Assembly: GCA_020137815.1 (NCBI GenBank)
Contig: CM035355.1
Location: forward strand, 1,674,001 to 1,738,000
Reading direction: 5' to 3'
Length of the DNA: 64,000 nt
Source: Hormiphora californensis
Taxonomy: Eukaryota; Animalia; Ctenophora
The position numbers and the translations under genes are program-made. Positions 25,531 to 38,015 of this stretch are shown in pieces. Within the stretch, counting starts at the first letter, position 1. Each line of letters starts with the position of its first letter. The notes beneath the pieces are model-generated. The model made no database searches, had not been told where the DNA came from, and worked only from the letters and a program-made list of their open reading frames with translations.

Positions 25531-26841
25531 ATGAACAATTTTCATGGTATTACGAATAGAGAGGAGTTTGATAGAGCTCTTGAGAGTATGGTATTTAATT
25601 CTAAGTGTAAGGGTAGCTCTGTTCTGAGTCGTCTGCTTGAGGGGGATATTACTCCTCCTCCTAACAGTCCAAGTGGCCCAACCAGAGAGCAGGTATGGGG
25701 TCTTCTAGTGTCAGCATATGCATTGATACCCAGCAGCTCCAGAACCCGGTTTGAAAGCGGCACTAGCTCAACGATGGATGCAGGTTCCCTGGAGGTATTG
25801 AAGGAAAGTTTTGAAAGCCTGAAGACTGATCTTCTAGCGACCATTGAGAGGAGAGTTGATGATCAAGTATCGAAGATACTGGATAAGAAAGAGGATGGGA
25901 ACAGTGGAATTGAGGATCAACCAGAACCAGTGTTACCGATGAAGCATTATGTGGATATTAAGCTTGAAGTGGATGAAGATGATTCTGCGGCTCCGGTATG
26001 TCCGAAGAAGCAGTGGGCTGAGTTTGTGAAGCCAAAGGTGGAATCTGCGCTCAAGGGGGTCCCTGTACTCAATACATTTGTTAATAAGGGCTCTGTCCGA
26101 CTTTCTTTCGAGACAGATGATCAACTCAAGGCAGCTGGTGCGGTTCTTTCACCGGCTTTGGGACAGGAGATCCAGACGGTTACAGAGAGGAAAGCGATGC
26201 TTGACCCAAGAATTGCGGTGAATGATTTGGATGCAGACTTACTTGATGAGGAGAAACTGATTTCGGAAATCCTGAGTGACAAGAATCAGGATATAAAGAA
26301 GGCCCATGGACAGGGTGGAAATATCAAGGTTATCCATATCAACAGGAATGGTAGTTTTGCTGTAATCCAAGTCTCCCCAAGTATTCGGAGGATTATTTCA
26401 TCTAATAAGGACAAGATTTTCCTGAAGCTGAGGCAACATTCAGTTAGGGATCGGTTTCATGTGGTGCAGTGTTTCCATTGTCAGGAGTTTGGTCACGTGG
26501 CTGGTTCTATGAGGTGTTCCAAGAAGGACAGTCCGGCAGTTTGTGCGTTCTGTGCTGGTGAGCATGAGACGAGACAGTGTCAAGAAAAGAGGAAGAATGA
26601 TGTAGCCAAACTGAGGTGTATCAATTGTCATGGCAGTGGAAGCAGAGAGGATAGGAGGCATTCAAAGACGCATCTTGCATCGAGTACCTTATGTCCTTTT
26701 TACATCAATGAACGAGGAAAGCTGATGGATAGGACTGCTGGCGTGAGTAAGGAGACAAAAAATGTCTACCGGACGAGGGCAATGGAAGAGCTGAGGATAA
26801 AACGACTTGGAGGATCGGGACGCTCAATGTCCATTCTATAA
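25531..26841 (+). CDS. LINE-A ORF1 (gag-like nucleic-acid binding protein, three zinc knuckles)
   Basis: QCFHCQEFGH..C, CAFCAGEH....C, CINC...H...C. Confidence 0.9.
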   Translation: MNNFHGITNREEFDRALESMVFNSKCKGSSVLSRLLEGDITPPPNSPSGPTREQVWGLLVSAYALIPSSSRTRFESGTSSTMDAGSLEVLKESFESLKTDLLATIERRVDDQVSKILDKKEDGNSGIEDQPEPVLPMKHYVDIKLEVDEDDSAAPVCPKKQWAEFVKPKVESALKGVPVLNTFVNKGSVRLSFETDDQLKAAGAVLSPALGQEIQTVTERKAMLDPRIAVNDLDADLLDEEKLISEILSDKNQDIKKAHGQGGNIKVIHINRNGSFAVIQVSPSIRRIISSNKDKIFLKLRQHSVRDRFHVVQCFHCQEFGHVAGSMRCSKKDSPAVCAFCAGEHETRQCQEKRKNDVAKLRCINCHGSGSREDRRHSKTHLASSTLCPFYINERGKLMDRTAGVSKETKNVYRTRAMEELRIKRLGGSGRSMSIL

Positions 26842-29759
26842 TGAACAAGACGGGAGGAATTCTGACTCATCTAGAGGATAAGGAATGTGACGTGTGCTTA
26901 GTACAGGAGACTTATCTAAAAGCTACGGATACAGCGAAGATCAGGGAAATACAGGATAATGGATGGCAGGTATTCTCTAGTCCAAGGAGTGAGAGAGCTG
27001 GTGGTGGCATTGGTGTTTTCTATAGGGACGGAGTAGTGGTCAAACGAGCACCTGTTAAAGACAAGTTCAAGACCTTTCAGGTCCAGGAAGTGCTTATTGG
27101 AGGAGATGATGATCTTGTGAGGCTCTGTAATATATACAGACCCCCCTACAATGGAAAGGCTCGGTATACAGAGGCAAATTTTCTGGAAGAGTTTAATGGA
27201 TATATATCGAACCTTCTCATGAAAACAGGAAATCCGATGATCATGGGAGACTTCAATTTCCAGGTTCAAGACTCAGGCAACTTCTATGCGAGGAAGCTTC
27301 TTCACCTTTTGGACTCATTTGACTTTGTGCAGAATGTACCATCAGTTCCGACTCATGTGAGGGGAGGAACTCTGGATCTGATGATCTGTCAGCGTGATTT
27401 TCTTACTAAACTGGAAAACGTGCAAGTCTTTCCGGATGGGACGTTGTCAGACCACTTCTTGGCTACAGTGGACCTAAAGCTCTCTACCCCTGGAGATGAT
27501 TATAGGACGTGGAGGAAGATGTACAGCTACAGAGATTTTAATTCGGTTGATCCAGAGGAATTCAGACGTGCTCTCCAGGAAGTTTGTCTTCGGGTTCCAG
27601 ATGGGTGTACTGCAGAGGAGGCTTTGAGGATCTATGATAGTGCGTTAGAGGAGGTGGTGAGGAAACTGGTACCGATGAAGAGAAGGAAGGAAGTAAAGAG
27701 TGTTAAGTTGTGGAGGGAGAGACAAGATGTTCGGGAGGCACTAAGGGAGAGGAGGAGAGCAGAAAGGGCTTGGGAATCTAACAAGACAGGACTCAACAAG
27801 ATACAGTACAAGGAACTACAGAGGCGTTTTGAAAAGATTGATAAGCAGGCGAGGATGGAATTTTCCCGGAAGCAGCTTGAGGAGGTTAAAGATGATCCTG
27901 CAGCGCTGCAGAAGAGGCTAGGTCGTCTAATTGGAAAGTCTGAAACTGTTCTGCCAGGAGGAGTGTCAGACGGAAAGTTGGCAGGGGATTTTGCAGAGTT
28001 CTTCAGTGGGAAGATTGAGAAGATTCGGACAGCGGTTCGGGATGAGCAAGAGGAAGGTTCTGAGGAGCTCACTGTGGATTCTCTGCCTGCGCCTACCTGT
28101 ACTCTAACCAAGTTTGAGGAAATCAGAGTTAATGAATTAGCTCGGGTTGTCAAGGAAATGTCATCGAAGTCTTGTGATCTGGACCCTATTCCGACCTGGT
28201 TGGTGAAAGACTGCCTTGAAGAACTAGCGCCGATCCTGACGAACATTATCAACAAATCCCTTCTACGATCTACTGTTCCAGATATTATGCAGAAAGCATT
28301 GGTGATGCCAACGATAAAGAACCCCAATGGGGACACTGATTTATTTTCGAACTACAGGCCGGTTTCTAACATATCGTTTGTATCGAAGGTACTGGAGAAA
28401 GTTGTGCTCAATCAGTTAAACTCATACCTATGGATGAACGACCTACTCAATGCAGACCAATCTGGGTATAGGGCGGGGCATAGTTGTGAAACACTGCTTG
28501 CTGGAATGTTTGATGACCTGTTGAAGGATTTGGATTCTGGCAAAGTATCGGCCCTTCTGCTGCTTGACATGAGTGCGGCTTTCGATACTGTGGATCATTC
28601 GAAGCTGATTGGAATTTTGGAGGCAAGGTTTGGGGTAAGAGGATCTGCGCTTGAATGGTTTAGAAGCTACCTTAGCAAAAGGACTTTTAAAGTGAATGTT
28701 CGTGGGGAACTCTCGGCGGCGATTGCTCTAATCTGTGGAGTCCCACAGGGGTCCCTTCTCGGACCTGTTTTATTCTTGCTGTACATTGAGGAACTTCAGG
28801 ATATTGTTCGTCCCTATGGCCTAAAGATCAAACTGTATGCAGATGACTCTCAGATATACTTTGGACTGGTTCCGAGTGATGCAGAGGGGTGGAGTTCCAG
28901 TAAAAAGACCCTAGAGGATTGTCTCAAGAATGTCAAAACATGGATGGTTAACCATGGACTTAAGTGTAATGAGGACAAGACGGAGTTTCTACTGTTGGGA
29001 AAGACAAGCTCCTTGGAAAAGATGGCATTTGATCCAGAGATCCAGTTTGGAGGTTCGGTGGTCAGGCCTATGGAATGTAAGGGGACGACAGGAAAGACCC
29101 TTGGTGTTCTCATGGACCATCAGTTGACTCTTGAGAGACAGATATTCAATGTTAAGAAACAGTGTGGCCTTATGCTCAAGAACTTGTGGCAGGTCAACAA
29201 GTGTCTTGACAAAGATACCAAGATTATGTTGGTCAAGCAACTGGTCATTTCCCGGATTGATTACTGCAACATCCTTTACTATGGACTACCTAAGAGGATA
29301 TTGAGGTATCTTCAGAAGACCCTGAATTCTTGTGTGCGTTTCATTTTCAATCTAAAGGGACATCAGGATGACTACACAGAATACTACAAGGAGGCACACA
29401 TTCTACCTATTGAGCAGAGGCTGACTTTCAAGGCATGTCTTTTGGCGTACAAGATTGTACGAGGCACTGCACCCAAGTATCTGACGGACCTGGTCCCTCG
29501 TGATGACAATCCTGAACCTGTAAAACCTACCCGATCTACCTCAGTTCCAGATTTCTTCAGGTTGAAATATCCAAAGCTCTCAAGTGTAAATGCGAATTCT
29601 AAGTTAAGAAGGAGGAGGATCTCTGTATTCCTGCCGGAAGTGTGGAACTCCCTGCCATTGGAGTTAAGGTCTGTTCACCCTGTTGAACTCTTCAAGACAA
29701 GGCTTAAGACCCGGCTATTTAAGGAAGCTTTCGTTGATCCAGAGAGCAGTAGCACCTGA
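26757..29759 (+). CDS. LINE-A ORF2 (APE endonuclease plus reverse transcriptase); frame opens before the listed ATG at 26841
   Basis: WRIGTLNVHS lies upstream of the ATG. Then VQET, IYRPP, GDFN, TLDL, SDH, NYRPVS, LDMSAAFDTVDH, GVPQGSLLGP, YADD, SRIDYCN. Confidence 0.93.
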   Translation, partial: KKCLPDEGNGRAEDKTTWRIGTLNVHSIMNKTGGILTHLEDKECDVCLVQETYLKATDTAKIREIQDNGWQVFSSPRSERAGGGIGVFYRDGVVVKRAPVKDKFKTFQVQEVLIGGDDDLVRLCNIYRPPYNGKARYTEANFLEEFNGYISNLLMKTGNPMIMGDFNFQVQDSGNFYARKLLHLLDSFDFVQNVPSVPTHVRGGTLDLMICQRDFLTKLENVQVFPDGTLSDHFLATVDLKLSTPGDDYRTWRKMYSYRDFNSVDPEEFRRALQEVCLRVPDGCTAEEALRIYDSALEEVVRKLVPMKRRKEVKSVKLWRERQDVREALRERRRAERAWESNKTGLNKIQYKELQRRFEKIDKQARMEFSRKQLEEVKDDPAALQKRLGRLIGKSETVLPGGVSDGKLAGDFAEFFSGKIEKIRTAVRDEQEEGSEELTVDSLPAPTCTLTKFEEIRVNELARVVKEMSSKSCDLDPIPTWLVKDCLEELAPILTNIINKSLLRSTVPDIMQKALVMPTIKNPNGDTDLFSNYRPVSNISFVSKVLEKVVLNQLNSYLWMNDLLNADQSGYRAGHSCETLLAGMFDDLLKDLDSGKVSALLLLDMSAAFDTVDHSKLIGILEARFGVRGSALEWFRSYLSKRTFKVNVRGELSAAIALICGVPQGSLLGPVLFLLYIEELQDIVRPYGLKIKLYADDSQIYFGLVPSDAEGWSSSKKTLEDCLKNVKTWMVNHGLKCNEDKTEFLLLGKTSSLEKMAFDPEIQFGGSVVRPMECKGTTGKTLGVLMDHQLTLERQIFNVKKQCGLMLKNLWQVNKCLDKDTKIMLVKQLVISRIDYCNILYYGLPKRILRYLQKTLNSCVRFIFNLKGHQDDYTEYYKEAHILPIEQRLTFKACLLAYKIVRGTAPKYLTDLVPRDDNPEPVKPTRSTSVPDFFRLKYPKLSSVNANSKLRRRRISVFLPEVWNSLPLELRSVHPVELFKTRLKTRLFKEAFVDPESSST

Positions 29760-32039
29760 GTCATCTCGTCTTTGGGTCACTGGTTCTGTTCTGGTCTGGG
29801 TTTAGTGTTCCCCTTAGGCAGACGTTTATTTAGACAGTGTTATTCCTCATTACATTTACCGGGCTTGCAGTAATGGCTGCTGACTTTTTAATAGCTTTGA
29901 GAGCTGCTGTCTTTGAGTAGCATGAGAGCTGCTGACTTTGTAATTTAGCTTATTCAGTGTGAGAGCATTTTTATGCCTATCTAAGTAGGTTCGTATTTTA
30001 TGAGGCCCGTATTTTCATCAATAAAAGTCTATCTATGGTGTGTTTAAATCCAGATTTTAATAGTGTGTGTCATAAGTAAGGAAGGTGTTATAATTTAGGT
30101 ATACCGCTCTGACGCTGAGCAGTGTCAGTCAAAATTCAGTTTGCTGGCCCTGTTTTGCCTGGGCGGTATACAAAAACTTATATTATTATTATTATTATTA
30201 GTTACCAAGGAAGAGCATTAGGTAGTCGTAGACGGTGAGCACCACAAAGAAATTAACAGTGACGACATCAATGAGTCTCTCGTGTGAACCATCCGTTGAA
30301 ACATTCACATACATTCCTGGTTTCTACTGATGAGGGTAGTTTATGTTAGATGAATTAGAAGATGGAAGCCTTGCTCGACCCTCTCTCTCTCTCTCCGTGC
30401 ACCGTAAAAGAGGGTTAGAAAGAGGATAGTAGTCAGCTGATCTAATCCATGTCATCACTCAACAGTAATCATCCGAGGAGAAATAGTCGGCAATGATAAA
30501 TGAGGTTAATTTATAATCGCCACGAATTTTCACTTTTTCTAGACGGACTGATTTCAGTAGCCATCACTATAACTACTACTACTGCAGTTCTCCAATTTAA
30601 AAGCAAACCAAGTAAAAATAAACAATGCTGTAATAACAGCTATCTTTCGACAGATTCTGACCGCAACCACACATTACACACAAATTACACTGCAAGCGGA
30701 AGAAGATAATAGTAAAGCGCAGTCTAGTGAACGATCAATGACTTGCTAAAGCGTTTAACTTCACCCTCTCATTTTCACAAGCATAATGGCAATTAGAGGG
30801 GAAAATCTATTAACTAGTGATCTATACCGATCGTGGTTTTGCCAAAATATGATTAGTCTAGCCAGAGGGGTGCCATCTAAAGGTCTAATTAAAGGTTGAA
30901 TTAAAGATTAAAATAATCTTATATTTTTACTTAAAAATAATTAACACAGTAGTTTGATCTCTAGCTGTTAATGTCGTCGCCACCCAAATACAGCATACTT
31001 AAAACCCCCTCATCGTGCAGCTGCTTATGCATGAGTCATTACTCATAACAGGAGCTTAGTTAAAAAAGAGAGAGAGATAGAGGGGAGAAAAAGATAATGG
31101 TCGTGTTTGAGAAACCCAAGCTTCAATTTAGCACAACCACTAATGATTGAGTCAAGAGAGTGGAGAGACAGGCCTGCATGTAGAGGGAGGAGGAGATAAA
31201 AAGTAATGCAGCAGCTGTCACAGCATAGCTAACACACTCGAGTGAAATCACGATATTCCTATGCAATACTATAATTCATAATCCCGTATCCATGGATACT
31301 TGATGGGAATTTGGGAGAGAAAGTATTCATTACTCAATCTCGCTATGATCTATTGTAACAAGCGGGCACTGCAGGACTAGAGCCTCCTATGAAGATAGCT
31401 ATTAAATTGGGTGCTGAATATTCAGATTCACAACAGGAGACAAGTTCTCCGGTAACTGGTAAGCAGGTGGTAGCCGGGATCAGAGGTTATAAATATTACA
31501 TGATGATGCAGGTGGTACCATAAGGAGGAGGAGGTGATGTAAGAATACAGGTGCAACTATTGCAGCTGATACTTGAATAAGATGATTCAGGGTGATAAAG
31601 AGATAGCCCCCCACCCCTTGTTCCATAATTCATGCACTGAGATTCTTCAATCTTCAAATTCTCTACTGTTCTACCTTTGATGAGTGACCCGATCTTGATG
31701 GAAATAATTGGAGACAATGTGAAAGAACGACACAACATTCTCATAATCCCCCCGTACAAAATAAATTTAGGCTCAGGAAGATTAAGAGGGCATACGGGGA
31801 CGATCCAAAAAAGAAGGTATCCGGTATCAGTAAAACTCAGCTCAGTTGAAAGTTTTGACCTAAAAGTGTCAAAACTAAAAACTCCAGTAAGACTATTAGT
31901 TTGACTAAACTAGACTATGAGACGCCCTGAGATGAATTTTACAATCTAACGAGCTTTTTACTTTGATACACACCTATAGAGACAAACAACATGGTCAACA
32001 GCTCCCAGCACTTGAATACAGTTAAACCTCTCACACTCT

Positions 32040-32075
<36 letters not shown>

Positions 32076-34875
32076 GCCCACTCTATCTGTTTTCAAAGCT
32101 ATTACACAAGCTATAGCGAGATAAATGTCCTCTTAGGTCAACTTGCATATAGACTCTCTTTTTCCTATATAACTTTTTCGTTATGATATCAGGAAATAAA
32201 AACTTTATACTAGCGCCCTGAGACCACGTGGTCTAGGTATGTACCTATATAGAGAGAGGGGCTTATCCTGTTAAGTCGCGAAGTTCATGTAATGGGAAGT
32301 ATTTTGAATATCTGATGTGGATACTGCATAACACATGTGACATGAAGTTACATTGAGGGATATTGTACGTTATTACGGCCAAAGTGGAGGGTCCGGGACG
32401 AGTTGTTCAACAACCATCAAACATGTCTTACTGCAAATCATCATTCATCAAATCATGACTCATGCAACTCATATCTTTAACAAAGATACGTTGAGCTCAA
32501 CGAATTATCGATTACTATTTAGGTGCTGCAGAAATATCGCCAACTTCCATACCACTGAGACAAAATTTCCCGGCGGTGAAAAAGGAACAATTAAAATTTC
32601 TTATCGAATTATAAAAAGAAGAAAAGGGAAAAAATAAAAGTTATTGGGAATGAGCTGTTATTTCCGGTGAATGTTCCAATTTGCACTGTATTGACTGCAG
32701 CACAAAAGTGGCTCTATAAATGTACACCATGTGCTACAACAGCAACCAGGCAATACCACATGTTAACGTTTATAATATGTTAGTCCACTCCATGCATAGT
32801 GCTCCACACAATTCCTCGATAATCGGATAACAAATTTGCCATGATAGCAAGACAAATAGATGTCTTAAAAAAACAAAGAAAGGGAAAGATATCCTCTTTT
32901 GAACTAGAAGCCATGATTTTCTCAAAGAGGAGAATATATATCATAGTAGGGCGAGGTAGACAATGAAGGATGCGGGATCGCATGCAAATAGAAACGTTTT
33001 AATATGCATCAAATTACATAAGGATTATGGTGATTAGGGGGGACTGAAAAGGAACATGTTGAGACTATGTTGTAAAATCCAGTACACCAGGGATTAGGGC
33101 TAGTCTAAATACAGTCTACAGACTTGGGTATGATATCCCCTCTTCTCTCTCCCTCCTGCGCTATCCTCTGTCACGGTTTCGTGCATGCGACGTCTAGTTA
33201 GAGATGGGGGCTCCCTCCCCTTCCCAAAAAGAGAGGGTACACCGTGCCAAATCTACAGACCTACTCAGTAGAGGGTTGTATAGGTTGGGCATGACACAAA
33301 ATGTTTTGTTAAAAGATAGCTAAATACCAAAGCCTTGAGATCAGGAACTAAAAAGTACTGCTTATATTATCTGAGTAGCTTTTGACTAGTTAGCTTCTAA
33401 AACAGTTGTTCCTATATAAAAAGAAAATCCCGAAAACAAAACAAACTTCAAAAAGCTGCAGCTAATTGAGTTGTGCATGCCACCACCAGGACACTTGTAT
33501 TAAGTGCTTGAAGTGTTCATACACAGTGTTCTAGGCGACTCAAAAAAGTGCTTGTCTGCTTATCATGGCGGCACTTGCCCTGAACTGGTAAAATATTTAG
33601 TGTCACGTGTAGAGTGGCAAAGGGGCCGATAGACTACAGCTGGAACGTGCAGGTGTGCAGATGCATGATATATAATGTCCTAGTTGTACTAGGATCAATA
33701 GCGGGAAAGTGCGGTCAGAGCATTAGGGAAAGTGAGATCCACTGAACTGCAATGAAACTAACTCCTGACATGGATAATTTCCTAACGGCAGAGGGAAAAT
33801 ATATCTTTGCCAAAACAAAATAATTATGACCATTATTTTCAGCTTTGTAACCTGAAGTTCTTTAGCAGGGTCTATGTGTGGCGTCATCCAGACCTTTTGG
33901 AAGAGACAATGCCAGGCATATGAGAGGAAAAGGTTACGAACAACATGTTTAGTTGTCCCTTCTTTCCTGTATAAAGTGAAGGGGGAAAGGACTCCTTTCA
34001 AAGGAGGAACATAACCACTCACAACCCCTCGCACAATGTAAAAGTGAAGAGGGTATAGTTCTCCCAACAAGCTATACACAGCACTATTATCATTATGATA
34101 GTTATTTGATTGGTCTACCAAATGTTGCTAGCCGCATAAGATGGTGGCAACATGGAGTTAGTAACTTGCTTTGTGTGCAAAAGAAACAAACATGGCGATA
34201 GGAAGAGCCCGGCAACGTGTGATATTAGTAGCTAGCGGTGCGTATGAGACCATGAATTTAGATGAGCTTTTGTCTTGCAATTGGGGGTGGGGTGTGCGTC
34301 AGCAAGATGTGCTTAGCGAGAAGAACAAAGGATGCCGGATAATTGTAATGAGGCGGGGAGATGAGATCTAATGAGGGTAGACAGGATGCACATCTCATTA
34401 TACTCTCACTTTTGGTGTTACTATTGGAAACACATTTCAACACAGCTGTCAACATGTCATGGAATCAACATCATCTGAGATGAACCTTGAAAGGTTGAGG
34501 ACCTAACGTCATAATGATAATATCTGTTACGGCAAAACTACAACCGAGGGAAAATGAAGTACCGTTCAATGCTCACACTGTGATGCACACTGTGTTAGCT
34601 GATATATCGAAAGCTTACACACAGAGGGTACGCTGGCAAACTTATCACGTGACTACTGGTGATATGTTGAATACTCAATACTAAATTATGGTATGTGTAC
34701 TTCTTTAATCTTTATCATCGAATTGTTTATATTTAGAAGGTAGCCCCAGCCCGGCTCCCACTGTCAGGCCAATGCTCTGACCGCAGTTCTCGGCTCTCGC
34801 GCGCTCCTTCTTTGAGAGAAATGAGAATAGGGGCAGGCCAATGCTCTGACAGGGCTCCCAGCTGTGCTTGTCTTG

Positions 34876-35317
34876 CATTCATCATCATCATCATCAATTA
34901 ACATTTAATATACCGCTTTATAGCATACATTGGTAAGATAACACTAATAAAAGAAAAAACTTTACGGATATCTTCCTGCTTTCAAAAGCGGTTTTACTCT
35001 ACTAGATCATTAGATTAGAGTTCAGAACTAGTTTGTATGAATGTTCAAGCGTCCCTTGGTGCTTCTACCACCCTCTTTCCACGGATTATGTAGTGGGTTC
35101 CAGGGGACCGCTTTATTTTCTCCCTCAGCTCAACTACCAGCTGCTTCCGTTCTTTCCGTTCTTCCTCAGTTCTATCGGGAGAAATAAAAACTTTTTCGAA
35201 CTTATCAGTCCCTTTTAACAGGCATTTCTTTGACAGGATCGATATTTGAGCTTCTCTGCTCCTCAGCACAACTTTCACAGGTCTTGCAAATGAGGCCTGC
35301 TTTCCCAAGCGCTCCAT
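34876..35317 (-). mobile_element. 5'-truncated ORF1-only LINE derivative with a (GAT)n tail
   Basis: RPVKV...VFISPDRTEEERKERKQLV.EL is a typical CR1/L2 ORF1 C-terminus. The stop is followed within ~150 nt by GCGGTATA and (GAT)n, with no ORF2. Confidence 0.65.
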
Positions 35318-35780
35318 GGAAATTTTTGGACGTTCAAAAATGTAAACTAGCAGTTATCAGAACCAGACGTACTACAAACATACATCTGCATCGTCATTAC
35401 GCATCGTCATTACGTATCATTCCGTCTCGTTCACTCCCTATATCTTATTCTTTCACCCTCACTCTCCCTATCTTGGGCACGTCGCACGCCTCTGTGTTTG
35501 CACCAACTTCCCTCCCTCACTCAACTCTTTCACGTTTGATTTTAAGTCTAACTTTACATCTTCTATGCGTATCTTTATGTGCCCAAAATGATCTGACCAG
35601 GCTAAACCAAGACCTTTTCTGTTTTCTGTTTTCATCTGGGTTCCTGTGACGTCACCAACTCAGCGTGTAAAAAATTCAGTGAATTTCATATTTTACGATG
35701 CCAAATCACGCGCAAAATGGAACGCGCGAGTTCAAAAGATGAAAGCGCTGCCGAGTTTAAAGTCCGTTTCAAGCGACTTA

Positions 35781-35997
35781 GTGGAACCTCTTACGGTATT
35801 TCCCACGCCCCGTGGGAAAGTTTTTGACCGTGGGAAAGTTTTCAAACCGTGGGAAAAGAGAGATACATACAATAACATACAAAAAATAATTATTTTTTAA
35901 CGTTATTGTATGTATCTCTCTTTTCCCACGGTTTGAAAACTTTCCCACGGTCAAAAACTTTCCCACGGGGCGTGGGAAATACCGTAAGAGCTTCCAC
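35781..35997. mobile_element. Palindromic MITE, copy 1 (TA-flanked)
   Basis: GTGGAA..TCTTACGGTATTTCCCACG arms form a ~100-bp inverted repeat with internal CCGTGGGAAA repeats. Confidence 0.88.
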
Positions 35998-36021
35998 TAA
36001 CTTGACCCGTAATTCTTGGTA

Positions 36022-36239
36022 GTGGAAGCTCTTACGGTATTTCCCACGCCCCGTGGGAAAGTTTTTGACCGTGGGAAAATTTTCGAACCGTGGGAAAAGA
36101 GAGATACATACAATAACATTAAAAAAATAAATATTTTTTAAATGTTATTGTATGTATCTCTCTTTTCCCACGGTTTGAAAACTTTCCCACGGTCGAAAAC
36201 TTTCCCACGGGGCGTGGGAAATACCGTAAGAGCTTCCAC
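36022..36239. mobile_element. Palindromic MITE, copy 2 (TA-flanked)
   Basis: Near-identical to 35781-35997. The two TA-flanked copies are separated by 20 bp. Confidence 0.88.
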
Positions 36240-36302
36240 TATGGAATTTGGCGCATTGCGCGTGTATTTACAAAAGGGATCCCTAAAAAAGTTCAGTACT
36301 TA

Positions 36303-37654
36303 GGGGAGCCACAGGTAATATGGGAAATTTGGTAAAATGGGAAATCGGTGTTTTGAAAAGATTGGCCATGTTACAGGCCCATAAATAGTTAATAACTCTT
36401 ATTAGTGATCTTAGATTAGTTCTGAAACCGTTTATAGCCTTGGTGGGAAGTGTTTTAATGGTACACTAGCACCCTCGTCATCTTGAAATAAGGAAAGTGA
36501 AAAATTAGGCCACTTTTATCATTTGGTACAAACGTCTCTGTTTCCTAGAGAACCTATCGATCGGCTTAGTTTATGAGCAAGATATTTATTAGCGATACCT
36601 GAAGAGATTAGAGCATCAGAATGAACGTGTCTAATTATAATTAGCTAATTATAGAAACTCATGATTTTGGTATAATGGGATACTTTTATTTTACTGAAAT
36701 GGGATACCCCATTTTACCAAAATTTCACTATCCCATTTTTCCAAAACATGTTTTGGAAAAATGGGATAGTGAAATTTTGGCTGTTTAAACGGCCATTTCA
36801 AACGCAAATTTCTCAGAACTAACTTTACGATTATTAATAAAGCCTATTTTTGCTCGTAACTCGAAAAAAAACTTGTATTCTCTGAAAAAAATACACCGAG
36901 TAACAACTGCAGAATACGACTACACGTGTGGGTATAATTATTCAATTCTCATTGATCTAATCTTCTATTATAGACACCAAAAGGTTTCTGGTATCCGTGT
37001 AGCTTTCTTAGTTTAGCAAAATTACTAAATATTATCCACATTTATGTCCCCAATTCTTTAGCAATTTTTAGAGAATTTTAAAATTTTGGACCTGTCTGGA
37101 ATTATATACAGGTAGCACCGCGCTAGGAAATGAACCTGTTCACGCTTTTACCCCTTCTGTTGAAATTAGTAGTGTTAAATGAGGCTTTAACCACCCGTTG
37201 GTGAATAAATTAGATAGATTGTTTCTAACTTTTCATGATTTCACGGCTGTCGGCTATAGCGTGAGTCTTCAGACCACCTACTAATAAATAAACAAAACTT
37301 AAATACCATCACAAACTAGTTTAATCCAAGCAAAGTGCAATAAAGTTACCATATTCTGACGAAAAAATAATTTTGATAAAATGGGATACTAATTTTTTGA
37401 TAAAATGGGATATCCCATTTTCGTTAAAAATGGGTATCCCATTTCACCAAACTAAAATTCCACTGCAAATTTTCAAGGTAATATGGGATAGTGCCAGATC
37501 TCCGTTATGGAGCATTCGTTGGGTTAGTTTTGGTGGTAATGTGTTAGCTTGGTCCAAATCAGACACACCTATGAAGACGGCGTGACTTTATTGTCATCTG
37601 AAAAAAAATTATGGCCAAAAGTTGTTAGGTATCCCATATTACCTGTGGCTCCCC
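36303..37654. mobile_element. Non-autonomous TA-targeting DNA transposon (nested)
   Basis: Perfect 23-bp TIR GGGGAGCCACAGGTAATATGGGA, TA TSD, internal ATGGGATA repeats. A fragment of its right end recurs at ~13335-13398 in a CAP intron. Confidence 0.88.
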
Positions 37655-37863
37655 TACACAGCGTTTACACAGTCTTTACACAGTCGTTACACCCAGAGCG
37701 GCGCGTGCTGCGCACAGCGGCTTTTTCCAAGAAAATATTGGATTGTGTGCTGCACAATTGAGAGAATTGAGCGCCGCGGCGAAAAAAGTTTCCATAAACG
37801 CTGCAAATCGAGTGCAAAAGACGCAGTCGTTACACCCAGAGCGGCGCGGGCGCTCTGGGTGTA

Positions 37864-38015
37864 AAGTCCATTTTTATTCAACTGTTCACCCCTCAACTCG
37901 TGCGCGTGCGATATTTTAATTTACGCTGCGCGCGCTACACGTTAACATGTGATAAACGCGCAAAACAATTCCGCGCACGACTTTGGGGGGTGAATAGTTA
38001 AAAAAAAATGGAGTA
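37864..38015. mobile_element. 152-bp MITE (nested), same family as 10908-11059
   Basis: Inverted copy of the same length. TA TSD at 37862-37863 and 38016-38017. Confidence 0.85.

Larger units (their letters stand above)
25343..30200 (+). mobile_element. L2/CR1-group LINE with intact ORFs (LINE-A), beginning with a spliced-leader copy and ending in a (TAT)n tail
   Basis: ORF1 and ORF2 (APE-RT) are open. 3' stem TATACCGC (30100-30107) / GCGGTATA (30163-30170), then (TAT)n to 30200. No TSD seen. Confidence 0.92.

Noticed and set aside
30200-34800. First exon of the GPCR or another gene upstream of LINE-A
   Set aside because: No ORF with a convincing N-terminus/TM1 and matching donor phase could be identified by eye.
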